Shown here piece by piece: positions 1-9,440 of a stretch of 64,000 bases of DNA. The first letter of the stretch is position 1; the number at the start of each line of letters is the position of its first letter. Origin of the DNA: a bacterium (GTDB lineage: Bacteria; Electryoneota; JAOADG01); the NCBI GenBank assembly GCA_963681965.1, contig OY820579.1:992001-1056000 (forward strand), read 5' to 3'. Made by a program: the position numbers and the translations under genes. The notes below the pieces were generated by a model, which had not been told where the DNA came from, did not search any database, and worked only from the letters and a program-made list of their open reading frames with translations.

Positions 1-576
1 ATTTGCGCTTCGGCAATTGGTTTTTACGGCAATACTGGTGATTGTATCGTAACGGAATCAACGCCAGCCGGTACCGGATTTTTGGCAGATGTGTGTCAAG
101 CGTGGGAGAATGCTGCCGCTCGTGCCGCTTCGGTCGATACTCGGGTGGTTCACGCCCGTTTAGGAGTTGTGTTGTCGCCAGACGGCGGCGTCCTTCAGCG
201 AATGATTCCACTATTTAAATTCGGTATCGGTGGACAACTGGGGAACGGAAACCAATATCTGAGTTGGATTTCAATCGAAGATGTGGCTCGAACATTCGAG
301 CATTGTATTCGTCACGATAATTTATGCGGTGCCGTTAATTTTGTTTCTCCGGAACCGGTCACGAATCGCGATTTCACGCGAGCGCTGGCTGAATTCGTTC
401 GTCGACCGGCGCTGCTAACTGTCCCGGAATTTGCGCTAAAGCTGCTTATGGGTGAGATGGCTCAATCGCTGTTGCTTGATAGTTGTCGCGCGATACCGGA
501 AAAATTGCAGCAAACGGGATTTGAATTTCTGAATCCATCACTTAAATCGGTCTTGCACAGAATTAACCGTCACTAA
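1..576 (+). CDS. TIGR01777/SDR39U1 (YfcH) family NAD(P)-dependent epimerase, 5'-truncated by window edge
   Basis: Frame 1 is open from base 1 (ICASAIGFYG...GFLADVCQAWE). Family motifs RLGVVL, GGQLGNGNQYLSWISIEDV, GAVNFVSPEPVTNRDF and a DUF1731-type C-terminus. Confidence 0.92.
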   Translation: MCASAIGFYGNTGDCIVTESTPAGTGFLADVCQAWENAAARAASVDTRVVHARLGVVLSPDGGVLQRMIPLFKFGIGGQLGNGNQYLSWISIEDVARTFEHCIRHDNLCGAVNFVSPEPVTNRDFTRALAEFVRRPALLTVPEFALKLLMGEMAQSLLLDSCRAIPEKLQQTGFEFLNPSLKSVLHRINRH

Positions 577-692
577 TCGATGAAATACTTAGAAAACTGG
601 AATAAGAGAACAAAAAATCAGTACGACTTTACCAAAAGAAATAGTATATTGAATGCATCCGAACAAAGATTCTCTAAGAGCCAACTCGAACA

Positions 693-1979
693 ATGAATAC
701 AAAGAATTCCAATCGGCAAATCGTGGGTGAATGTGTGGTCTCATTGTTAAGAAAATATCGATATTTCGCCTTGACTACTCTGATCATATTGAGTAGTTCG
801 ATACTGCTATCCGGATGTATCCAAAAACGATTCACGATTGAAGGAAAGTTGCTCGCGCTAGGTTCGCAAAGCCCGTTGCGACAAGTAGCGCTACGCGTGG
901 TGAAACTGCAGGATGGCACATCGCAACTAGCTGGCACCGACGATGAAGGAGTTTACTCGATCGAACGACTTGTTCCGGGAAAATATCTGATTGCATCGGC
1001 TGATACTTCGAAATATCTGATCAGTCCCGACACGATTGTCGTCAACGAGAATGGCAATCGAACGCAAAAAGTAAAACCGCTTCGAGGATTAATTACCCCA
1101 CCGGCTCCCGGTGTATATGCTTGGGTTTCTACCGCTTGGCGGGAAATTTCCCCGTATCGCGGACCCGACGATGGTTTGTCGATTACGCGCGATGCGGCGA
1201 ATCGCTTGGTTACAATTCCGGAAAGCGCGTCGCTCATTGTCTGGGAACCCAATCACGAATGGCTAGGGGAATCGAATTCAGTCGATTGGTTGATGGCGAG
1301 CTTTGCGGATAGTTCCGCCCGATTTATCGATGCGGTATTGCACGAGCGAACGCCGAAGGGGGAACCGGTTCCGATGGATCCCAGCACCTTCACCGATTGG
1401 AAAATGCCCGGTGTGATGCCGTTGCGCGGACCCACCTTGCCGAATTTGTACGCAATTATCGTAACCACGACATTGGAAAATGGCAAACAAGATCGTGTCC
1501 TCTATCCATTTTGGATCCCGATCTCAGCCGGATCTCCACGACTATCCTCAGCGATTCAATCGGCACCGGTTGTAACGAATCCAGTCATTACCGGGTCGGT
1601 TTCGACGATGCTTCAGACGAATGTTAATCGCAACGATACTACTTCGCAGGCAACGCGCGATCTATTTCAACAGGCGTTGAATGCAGCACTGACAGCAGTC
1701 GGTTTGAAACCGCAATCGGGAGTTTCATTATCGACACCACCCAATTCCAGCGATTCGACTGCGACTTCGCAACCCACCGATACCCCTCAACGATCAGATA
1801 TTACTCAAGATCAGATCAATCGGTGGCGGGAAGAAATCCGGAAAGCACGCACCGATCCCGATACTTTTCGGCGTCGTCAGTTGTGGCGTGCGATTCGCGA
1901 TAGCGCCGAAGGGACGGAAGTAGGGTACGAAGCCGATCGATTGTTGATGCGCGATATAAATGGATTACCGTTGAAATGA
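693..1979 (+). CDS. Hypothetical lipoprotein with N-terminal carboxypeptidase-regulatory-like (prealbumin-like) domain
   Basis: Lipobox LLSGC, TDDEGVYSIERLVPGKY motif, Ser/Thr/Pro-rich linker and short helical C-terminus. True start may be downstream of 693. Confidence 0.6.
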   Translation: MNTKNSNRQIVGECVVSLLRKYRYFALTTLIILSSSILLSGCIQKRFTIEGKLLALGSQSPLRQVALRVVKLQDGTSQLAGTDDEGVYSIERLVPGKYLIASADTSKYLISPDTIVVNENGNRTQKVKPLRGLITPPAPGVYAWVSTAWREISPYRGPDDGLSITRDAANRLVTIPESASLIVWEPNHEWLGESNSVDWLMASFADSSARFIDAVLHERTPKGEPVPMDPSTFTDWKMPGVMPLRGPTLPNLYAIIVTTTLENGKQDRVLYPFWIPISAGSPRLSSAIQSAPVVTNPVITGSVSTMLQTNVNRNDTTSQATRDLFQQALNAALTAVGLKPQSGVSLSTPPNSSDSTATSQPTDTPQRSDITQDQINRWREEIRKARTDPDTFRRRQLWRAIRDSAEGTEVGYEADRLLMRDINGLPLK

Positions 1980-2004
1980 TTGATTGAGTTGCGGGATGAT
2001 TTAC

Positions 2005-2982
2005 TTACCACTGGTAAATGAGGTGGGTAGATCCTGCTTTGGGGAGTGGTTCAGCGTCGAATGTCATGCCCCAATCGCGGGCTAGCTGCTCGGATCGATG
2101 CAAGTAAATCACCGGAATACCGCGTTTCAAGTAATATCCCATCATACTGGCAGATTCACCATTCCGTAATTCAATTCCGTGGGGCAACAGCCCGGCACCA
2201 ACATCTTTCATCTCTTCCGAACCCAACGCCGCAATATTACCACCGATAAAAATAGTGGCTAGGATCGGTCCATCATCCTCTAAGAGACGAATTCGTGTCT
2301 CGATTTGTTCATGTAACGATTTGGTCACTAGCGGAGTTTTATCGTTTCGTCGCATGGCACGGTCGATTGCCTTTTTTCCGGCAGATTGCAGCGAATTTCC
2401 CCGGTCGCCTCCCGCACCGTAGGTTACGACATCGATTTCCGGCCAATCGGGGATTTTTTTGCGGATTTCACGATCAAGATCGAGTAAGGTAAAGTTGGGT
2501 TCCGTCATTCCCCATTCCGATGCGGCGATGGAAAATTGGATCACTGGTTTGGCTCCGATTGCGCGAACGGCACAAAGAGCGGCTATATTAAAGCCAGGGA
2601 AACTACCGGTAGCGACGATTGCCACTGGATCATCGGGTTGTACTCCGGCTTCATACAGCCAGCGCACGACCAAAGCGGCAAAGTCGGGTACACAAGCCGT
2701 CCGTTTGGCAGACAATTGTCCGAGAGTTGAGACGAGTGGACTGTCATCGGGACCGATAAGACCAGTTCGATTGGGATCGATGTCGGTATCGATCGGACCG
2801 ACCCAGCGAAGGTGTGCATCGCGCGAGATCTGTAAAACGCGATCCATCTCAGATGCAGCCGATCGCATTTTGCGCAGGAGAGCTTCCCGGGATAATAACT
2901 GTTTCGGCGGCTCGGCGCAGACGATCGCAACGCCGAAGAACAACATCAGTGCGAGGAGACCGTGAATTTTCCAACAGCGCAT
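2005..2982 (-). CDS. pgsW: Poly-gamma-glutamate system protein (PgsW, TIGR04332-like)
   Basis: Motifs DPNRTGLIG, STLGQLSAKRT, PDFAALVV, GSFPGFNIA, ASEWG, GGNIAALG, GIPVIYL; N-terminal signal peptide. Confidence 0.82.
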   Translation of the reverse strand: MRCWKIHGLLALMLFFGVAIVCAEPPKQLLSREALLRKMRSAASEMDRVLQISRDAHLRWVGPIDTDIDPNRTGLIGPDDSPLVSTLGQLSAKRTACVPDFAALVVRWLYEAGVQPDDPVAIVATGSFPGFNIAALCAVRAIGAKPVIQFSIAASEWGMTEPNFTLLDLDREIRKKIPDWPEIDVVTYGAGGDRGNSLQSAGKKAIDRAMRRNDKTPLVTKSLHEQIETRIRLLEDDGPILATIFIGGNIAALGSEEMKDVGAGLLPHGIELRNGESASMMGYYLKRGIPVIYLHRSEQLARDWGMTFDAEPLPKAGSTHLIYQW

Positions 2983-4686
2983 TATTCGCGCACCTTCACT
3001 TTCTTATTGATTGGGATATGCGTTTTGTTACTATCATGTGCACCTAAGAAAGTAACAGTGCCGCGCCCAGCATCCAAACAGCACTTTTCTCCATGTGTTC
3101 CGCTGACCGGAGCTAGCGGAATGGCAGTTACCGCTCACCCGATTGCATCAAAACTAGCAGCCAACGTTTTAACGTCGGGCGGTAATGCCGCGGCAGCGGG
3201 AATCACTGCGCTGAGTGCATTATCGGTGGTGGAACCACATGCCAGTGGAATGGGCGGTGGTGGCTATGCTCTCTATTACGACGCTAAAACCAAGCAAGTT
3301 AGTTTAATCGATTACCGCGAAACCGCTCCAGCGGGTGTCGTACCGGAAACATACTACCAACCAGCCGATACATACCGAATTAAATTACAGGGCGGTGGAA
3401 CGGCAATTCTAACACCGGGAGCGTGGCTCGGTTGGGAAACCTTGGCGAAAAATCACGCGAATCGTCAAATCTCCGAGTTGTTACCATCAGTTGCGGCATT
3501 AGCTGACAGTGGGTACGTACCTAGTGAAAAACAGAAAACGATGATTCTGGAGCACGTAGATGGATTGTCGCAGGATGATCGGTTTGCAAGCTATTTCTTC
3601 ACGCGCGATGAAGAGTTGAATCCGGTCGTGAACCGCCGAATTCGCTTCGAGGCACTCAGTAAAACCTACAGCAGTATTGCAAAGGCAAATTCGTTCACGA
3701 TCCTGCGAACGGAACCATACCGTGATCAGATTGTGACTGCCGTACGCAATGCCGGTGGTGCACTGGCAGCAACCGACCTCGAAAACTTTCGCGTGACCGA
3801 GCGGAAACCGGTGAAAATTACTTATCGCGGTTACGAGATCTATACCATCCCGATGCCATCGGCAGGTGGTACGTCGGTAGCGCTGGCGCTGAAAATGCTG
3901 GAAGGGGTGGATTTACGCGCAATGGGGTGGCAATCTGCCGACGCGATTCATTTGATTGCAGAAGCCATTCGCCAAGGGATGACCGATGGTTATGCTTGGG
4001 GCGGCGATCCGCAATTCGTCTCTTCTTATACCGATAGCATCTTGGGTCCGACATACGCTTCCAAAGCACTTCAAAAAATTCCGCGCGATAGCGTTCGCGA
4101 TCGGGCAACACCGTACGACACTACCACCGCACATGGCAACACAACGCACTTGGTGATTGCCGACCGCGACGGCGATCTCTTGTCGATTACTCAATCAATC
4201 AATTACTTCTTCGGTTCGAATGTGATCGACCACAATACCGGTATTCTGTTTAACAATCACGCTGCGGACTACGATTGGCGTCCCGGTCGCCGCAATTCGA
4301 TTGCTCCCGGTCGTCGACCGTCGAGTTGGATGTCGCCGGTGATCATTTTGAAGGATGGCAAACCTTGGTTAGTCGCTGGAACGCCTGGCGGTCCACGGAT
4401 TCCGGCAGTGATGGTGGAATTGCTCGTGGCATTGATCGACTTCGATAAACCGCTGAACGAGGCAATGGACGCGGCGAGATATTTCCCCAATGGTAAGTTT
4501 CTAGAGTTTGAACCCCGACTTCCCGATCCGACAGTGAAGGCACTTCAGAAGAAGGGCTGGAAAATGAAAGAGCGTGGTGTTGCCGATTCGTACTTTGGTG
4601 GCGCACAAGCGATTCAATTTTTACCGGATGGACGTAAAGTCGGCGTTGGCGATACTCGACGTGATGGCGCTCCTGCAGCAGAATAA
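2962..4686 (+). CDS. ggt: Gamma-glutamyltransferase (GGT/CapD-like Ntn hydrolase), lipoprotein
   Basis: GGNAAAA, EPHASGMGGG, IDYRETAP, autocleavage site HGN|TTH, RRPSSWMSP, GTPGG, DTRRDG; lipobox LLSC. Confidence 0.93.
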   Translation: MNFPTAHYSRTFTFLLIGICVLLLSCAPKKVTVPRPASKQHFSPCVPLTGASGMAVTAHPIASKLAANVLTSGGNAAAAGITALSALSVVEPHASGMGGGGYALYYDAKTKQVSLIDYRETAPAGVVPETYYQPADTYRIKLQGGGTAILTPGAWLGWETLAKNHANRQISELLPSVAALADSGYVPSEKQKTMILEHVDGLSQDDRFASYFFTRDEELNPVVNRRIRFEALSKTYSSIAKANSFTILRTEPYRDQIVTAVRNAGGALAATDLENFRVTERKPVKITYRGYEIYTIPMPSAGGTSVALALKMLEGVDLRAMGWQSADAIHLIAEAIRQGMTDGYAWGGDPQFVSSYTDSILGPTYASKALQKIPRDSVRDRATPYDTTTAHGNTTHLVIADRDGDLLSITQSINYFFGSNVIDHNTGILFNNHAADYDWRPGRRNSIAPGRRPSSWMSPVIILKDGKPWLVAGTPGGPRIPAVMVELLVALIDFDKPLNEAMDAARYFPNGKFLEFEPRLPDPTVKALQKKGWKMKERGVADSYFGGAQAIQFLPDGRKVGVGDTRRDGAPAAE

Positions 4687-4708
4687 ACTGAGTATTTTTT
4701 TGTTTATA

Positions 4709-4743
4709 ATAAAACAGGGCATCAAAATGATGCCCTGTTTTAT
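4709..4743. terminator. Bidirectional intrinsic terminator
   Basis: ATAAAACAGGGCATCA-AAA-TGATGCCCTGTTTTAT perfect inverted repeat between convergent genes. Confidence 0.85.
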
Positions 4744-4764
4744 ATAACGAAAAAGTATTATGAC

Positions 4765-5823
4765 TTACCGATTTCGAGCTAATCGAAAACCGTTATATCC
4801 TGGTTCATCCGCAGGCGTCCACGCGCGATTATAATTGATGTACACAGCAACTTGTTGATCGAAATTCCCGCCAGCAAACTGGCATCCGCCGCGCAACACC
4901 TTGTAAGATCCAGTTGCACTGCCTTTCGGATTTAGCTTCGAAGAAGAAGTATAGGCACTGTAAAAATCCCAAACCCATTCTCGCGCACCGCTATTCATAT
5001 CAAACAATTCGAATAGACCGATCCCAAGGTCGTAGCTAGCGATGTGATTGAGACCGAATTGTCCTATCGGACAATAATATAATGGATCTCTTAAACTAAG
5101 TGGTACATAAAAATTGTTACCTCGAGAGTTGAAACTACATCGAGGTCTGTGATTCGTTGTGTCGTAGAATGGAACATCACCCCAAGCGTAAATAGTCTGA
5201 TCTGAACCGTTGCTGGCAGCATATTCCCATTCAGCTTCAGTCGGTAATCGATAACCATTTTTCGTAGTATCCCAAAGGACTGTACGTGTTCCACCGATAG
5301 TGGTGTCTTTGTAAACGGAATCCAGTCCTTCGAGTTTACTCCGCCAGTTCGCATAGTGAATTGCACCATACCAGGTGATACCCATCGTTGCACAATTGTC
5401 TCTGGCTGGAGTAGTGGAGTACCAATAGATCAGATCGCCACTCGGCGGGATTAACGGATCGAGTGGAGTTAATTCTACGGGAAGATTGGGGTTAGCATTT
5501 ACATACGCCCGGAAAGCCGCATTTGTGACTTCGTATTTATCGAGAATGAAGCTATTGACCGTCACCTGAAAAGTTGGTCTGGCAACGCTTCCACAGTCCG
5601 GAGTCGGTGTGCCGGTTCGCCAGCCCATCGTAAAGGTACCACCGGGAATTACTTTTTGCTCGCCATATTGAAGCCCATCGCTACCGCGTGTTTCTGGCCA
5701 ACGCCATTCGCCGGGTTGTTTTTGGGTTTGCTGGTCGTCGGAACTGGAATTTTTTCCACAACCGATAAACAAGGGTATGATCAATAGGATACAAAAAAGA
5801 AATGCCCGGGTGTAGCGTTTCAT
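4765..5823 (-). CDS. FGE-sulfatase (SUMF1/EgtB/PvdO) domain lipoprotein
   Basis: IPGGTFTMG, DKYEVTNAAF, GYRLPTEAEWEYAA, REWVWD, VLRGG...GFRLAR; lipobox FIGC. Lacks the FGE catalytic CxxxxC motif. Confidence 0.85.
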   Translation of the reverse strand: MKRYTRAFLFCILLIIPLFIGCGKNSSSDDQQTQKQPGEWRWPETRGSDGLQYGEQKVIPGGTFTMGWRTGTPTPDCGSVARPTFQVTVNSFILDKYEVTNAAFRAYVNANPNLPVELTPLDPLIPPSGDLIYWYSTTPARDNCATMGITWYGAIHYANWRSKLEGLDSVYKDTTIGGTRTVLWDTTKNGYRLPTEAEWEYAASNGSDQTIYAWGDVPFYDTTNHRPRCSFNSRGNNFYVPLSLRDPLYYCPIGQFGLNHIASYDLGIGLFELFDMNSGAREWVWDFYSAYTSSSKLNPKGSATGSYKVLRGGCQFAGGNFDQQVAVYINYNRAWTPADEPGYNGFRLARNR

Positions 5824-6036
5824 ATATTCTCCAGACGATTCAAATTAGAATTGCTCAATCCATACGTATTATGTTTACCAATCGGCAAGGAAACCTTGAT
5901 GTATTCGACAATATAAAACAACTAAACGCCAAAAGCGCAATCGAAAACAAATTGATTGGTTGAAAAGTGTTGTGGTCTGTCACAAAAAGTGATTGAAAAC
6001 GTTTTCTATCGTGCACAGCGAAATTGAAAGGTAGTT

Positions 6037-6882
6037 ATGAAGATCGGAAGTTACGCGGTTAGCGCGTTGGAAACCGGGATTTATGCTCTGGATGGTGGTG
6101 CGATGTTTGGGGTCGTTCCGAAATTGATGTGGCAGGAAAAGACCACATCCGACGACCGAAATCGAATTCCGCTTGCGCTGCGGACGATGTTGATCCAAGG
6201 GGAAGGTCGGAATATTTTGGTCGATGCCGGTATTGGTGCAAAATGGTCGCGGAAAATGCTCGATCTATACGGAATTGAGCAACCTGTGCAACCGCTTGAA
6301 GACGCTTTGGCTGCGTGTAATCTTACCCCGGCAGATATCACCGATTTAATCGTTACGCATTTGCATTTCGATCATGCCGGTGGGGCGACAAAATACGATT
6401 TAGACAGGAATGTTGTTCCAACCTTGCCCAATGCGCGAGTACATATTCAAAAATCGAATTGGGATCACGCACAACATCCGAATGAAAAGGATCGTGCCAG
6501 TTACCTTCCCGACAACTTCATACCCTTGATGGAAGCCGGACTTGTTGAGATGTGGGAGGGTGAATGCGAGATTTTACCGGGTGTTACCGTAATTCCCTCG
6601 AATGGTCACACAATTGGACAACAATTGGTTTTGGTCGGTCGGGGTTATGATGCGGTCTTGTACTGCGGAGATTTAATTCCAACACGGGCTCACTTGCCGA
6701 TTCCCTGGGTAATGGGGTACGATCTGTATCCACTAACGACGATCGAAGAGAAAAAAACACTGTTAAGACGGGCTAGTGAAGAACAATGGACCCTCTTTTT
6801 CGAGCACGACCCGAAAATAACGTCTTGCAAGATTGACTGGACGGATACCGGTGCTCAAGTAACTGCAACTAATTTATTTTAA
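6037..6882 (+). CDS. MBL-fold metallo-hydrolase (YtnP/AiiA-like lactonase family)
   Basis: LDGGAMFGVVPK, THLHFDHAGG, GHTIGQQ, GDLIPT, WVMGYD, FFEHD. Confidence 0.9.
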   Translation: MKIGSYAVSALETGIYALDGGAMFGVVPKLMWQEKTTSDDRNRIPLALRTMLIQGEGRNILVDAGIGAKWSRKMLDLYGIEQPVQPLEDALAACNLTPADITDLIVTHLHFDHAGGATKYDLDRNVVPTLPNARVHIQKSNWDHAQHPNEKDRASYLPDNFIPLMEAGLVEMWEGECEILPGVTVIPSNGHTIGQQLVLVGRGYDAVLYCGDLIPTRAHLPIPWVMGYDLYPLTTIEEKKTLLRRASEEQWTLFFEHDPKITSCKIDWTDTGAQVTATNLF

Positions 6883-7083
6883 ACGACAAACAATATTTCT
6901 TGTATAAACAATAATATAGTAGATTCGAGGTAATGGTAATCGGAGGGGGATACGGCAGAATCCCTCGAAGAGATTGTATCGACAAGGGATGCAAATCGTC
7001 CAAAGGCTAAAGTTTTTGTTAAAGCGACTCGATAAAAGAGTTGGATTGATGCTTTAATGATTCTTCACAGAAGGAGTGCGATT

Positions 7084-7290
7084 ATGTCACGAATCTGCCG
7101 ACATCCAGTGACCCGCTTTTCTGCCCTAGAACCATCGGTGAAAGGTGCGGTAAAGCTTTGGCATCGTTGTGTATCCTGTGGCTTGCCTGTTCTCGTGAAG
7201 GTCTATTACGGTGGAGTTACTCCATCGAAATCGAATATCGTTCCACTTTCGATCACGTATCAGCCGACCGCGCCAAAGCAAGCAGCGTAA
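7084..7290 (+). CDS. Small hypothetical protein (68 aa), possible Zn-binding CxH...CxxC
   Basis: AAGGAG RBS at 7071-7076 before ATG 7084; hairpin follows at 7321-7342; motifs CRH and CVSC. Confidence 0.55.
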   Translation: MSRICRHPVTRFSALEPSVKGAVKLWHRCVSCGLPVLVKVYYGGVTPSKSNIVPLSITYQPTAPKQAA

Positions 7291-7320
7291 ATCCGCTCAA
7301 GCTAATCGGCTGTACGCGAA

Positions 7321-7350
7321 GAACCCCGCAATTGCGGGGTTCCTCTCTCT
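7321..7350 (+). terminator. Hairpin/terminator after small ORF
   Basis: GAACCCCGC-AATT-GCGGGGTTC followed by a pyrimidine run. Confidence 0.6.
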
Positions 7351-7754
7351 CGATGATTTTTAAGAAATTATTGTAAGAACAATCACTATTCAATCAAAAC
7401 AGTTGTTGTTGATCCCTACTGCGGTAAATGGTTCGCTCTCCAGCCCGTAGTGGGGATCGCACGTTTTATTGGCGATCGCAATATTCTTCCATCTGGAATG
7501 CAATCTTGATCGTCGCCCTTTGATACCTTGCCTGATTTTCTTCAACCATTTATCCTTGAACGGCAAATTTGTCATTTATATAAGTCGAGTCGATATTTTA
7601 TGTTGTAAATAGAATGATTCGGTGTTAATTTATTGAAGTTTTCCGAGTTGCAGTATAAGTTAATGAAGGTCTTTGATTTCAAAAGCATCGCAATCGGTTT
7701 GACCAGCCATTTATCGCGTATTATACTAAGTGATAATGCAATCTGGAGCCTCAT

Positions 7755-8309
7755 TTGGAGACGACCAACCGTACCCCTTTTCCACCGTTGTTAACTGCGG
7801 ACGAAATTCACTCTCGAGTCGTTGATTTAGCTCGAGAAATTTCTGAGCAATTCGGTCCGGGACCGATTACGATGCTTCCCTTGTTAAAGGGATCATTCAT
7901 CTTTACTGCCGATTTAGCCCGGTCGCTTTCGTGGTATGGACACGGTTTAAGAATCGAGTTTATTACAGCTTCGAGTTACGGCGTCGGTACTGAATCAAGT
8001 GGTTCGGTACGGCTCAATTGGCATGGCGAGCTCCCGACCGAGAATGATCGGGTTTTGATCATCGACGATATTCTCGACACGGGTCTGACAATTTCGCACG
8101 TTAAAGGGATTGTCTTAAACCAAAAGCCAAAAGCCTGTAAAGTCGCCGTATTACTGGACAAACCCTCACGCCGGAAAACTGCGGTGAGTGCCGATTTTGT
8201 CGGCTTCTCGATCGAGGATCATTTTGTCGTCGGTTATGGTTTAGATTTTGCCGAGCGTTATCGCGAATTACCCTATTTGGCTATTCTTCCACCCGAACAC
8301 CGGAGTTGA
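7755..8309 (+). CDS. hpt: Hypoxanthine phosphoribosyltransferase
   Basis: LLKGSFIFTADL, SSYG, PRPP motif VLIIDDILDTGLT, LLDKPSRR, FVVGYGLDFAERYRELPY. Confidence 0.95.
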   Translation: METTNRTPFPPLLTADEIHSRVVDLAREISEQFGPGPITMLPLLKGSFIFTADLARSLSWYGHGLRIEFITASSYGVGTESSGSVRLNWHGELPTENDRVLIIDDILDTGLTISHVKGIVLNQKPKACKVAVLLDKPSRRKTAVSADFVGFSIEDHFVVGYGLDFAERYRELPYLAILPPEHRS

Positions 8310-8313
8310 TTTC

Positions 8314-9330
8314 ATGGTTCCCGGAAGACTCCTCTTATTGGTTAGTGATCGTTCGTTACGCGTAGAAATCGAACGAGCGTTGTTGAATTGCGCCTCGATT
8401 GTAATGCCGAGTCATTCGCATTCGATCGAAGATTGTTTTCGCGACGGTAAATATTATGCCGTTGTGTTGACCTTTGAATTTGCGCTCAAGTACCAGTCCG
8501 AACTGCTTCACATGGCAGAGCGATCATCGGTACCGATCGAGCGAATTCTAATCTATCAGCAGAGCGAATGGGAAAGTCTGTCGCCACTGGTGGAACGCGG
8601 GATCGTAACCCGTTTGGTTCCTCACTTTTGGGACATTCAAACCATGGTCGATCTGTTACTGCGACTATGTGAACGGGAAGAGATCGAATTTTCGATGCAC
8701 CATCAGCAAGTGACCGGGAATCATAATGCTTCGGAGAGTGATTTAAAGAAGCGAATTCTCGAACTGGAGATGCAGAATCGAAGATTATCGGCGTTGGCTA
8801 CCACGGATGGTTTGACCGGATTGGCAAATCGACGCGAGCTGAACGATGTGCTCTCCAAAGAAATTTCGCGCGCTCGTCGGTTCAATCAACCGCTCTCGTT
8901 TGTAATGTGCGATGTCGATCATTTTAAAAATTACAACGACAATTTCGGTCATCCTGCCGGCGACGATGTGTTGCAAACGATTGCAGCGTTGATGCGTTCG
9001 CGTCTGCGTGCGAGCGATTTGGCAGCGCGATACGGTGGCGAAGAATTCGGTATGGTTCTCCCGATGACGACGAAAGAATCGGCGATTCGCGTTGCGGATT
9101 CGCTTCGTAAACGGATCGAAGAACACCGGTTTGCGCACCAGACCGAGCAACCAAACGGTAATTTGACCGTATCGATGGGTGTTGCTGCGATCGGCGAAGA
9201 TGGCGATACCGCTGCGGCGGTCATCGATGCCGCCGATAAAGCATTATATCTGGCAAAGCAAACTGGTCGCAATAAAGTTCTTGGCTATCACGCTCCGGAA
9301 AAGCCGTCCGAAGACACGCCGGCTAAGTAA
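8314..9330 (+). CDS. Diguanylate cyclase (degenerate receiver-like N-terminus, coiled coil, GGDEF)
   Basis: TDGLTGLANRR, DVDHFKNYND, I-site RASD, active site YGGEEF. ATG 8314 preferred (GGAG upstream, just after the hpt stop). Confidence 0.92.
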   Translation: MVPGRLLLLVSDRSLRVEIERALLNCASIVMPSHSHSIEDCFRDGKYYAVVLTFEFALKYQSELLHMAERSSVPIERILIYQQSEWESLSPLVERGIVTRLVPHFWDIQTMVDLLLRLCEREEIEFSMHHQQVTGNHNASESDLKKRILELEMQNRRLSALATTDGLTGLANRRELNDVLSKEISRARRFNQPLSFVMCDVDHFKNYNDNFGHPAGDDVLQTIAALMRSRLRASDLAARYGGEEFGMVLPMTTKESAIRVADSLRKRIEEHRFAHQTEQPNGNLTVSMGVAAIGEDGDTAAAVIDAADKALYLAKQTGRNKVLGYHAPEKPSEDTPAK

Positions 9331-9348
9331 CAAATTCTTTTACGATAC

Positions 9349-9384
9349 AGCCGGCGGGTGAGTTAACCCGCCGGTTCCCATTTC
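9349..9384 (+). terminator. Probable intrinsic terminator
   Basis: AGCCGGCGGGT-GAGTTA-ACCCGCCGGTT hairpin after the GGDEF gene. Confidence 0.6.
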
Positions 9385-9440
9385 TGGATGAAGATTAATG
9401 CAATAACGATTGTTTAATTTCGTTATTGGGAGGAATACCA

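Noticed and set aside
4765-5823. FGE/CLec-fold lipoprotein as a diversity-generating retroelement target, or as a true formylglycine-generating enzyme
   Set aside because: No template repeat or reverse transcriptase in the window, and the catalytic CxxxxC motif is absent.
7390-7754. Short minus-strand ORFs (61 aa and 60 aa)
   Set aside because: No recognisable motifs or convincing RBS; partly AT-rich promoter DNA.
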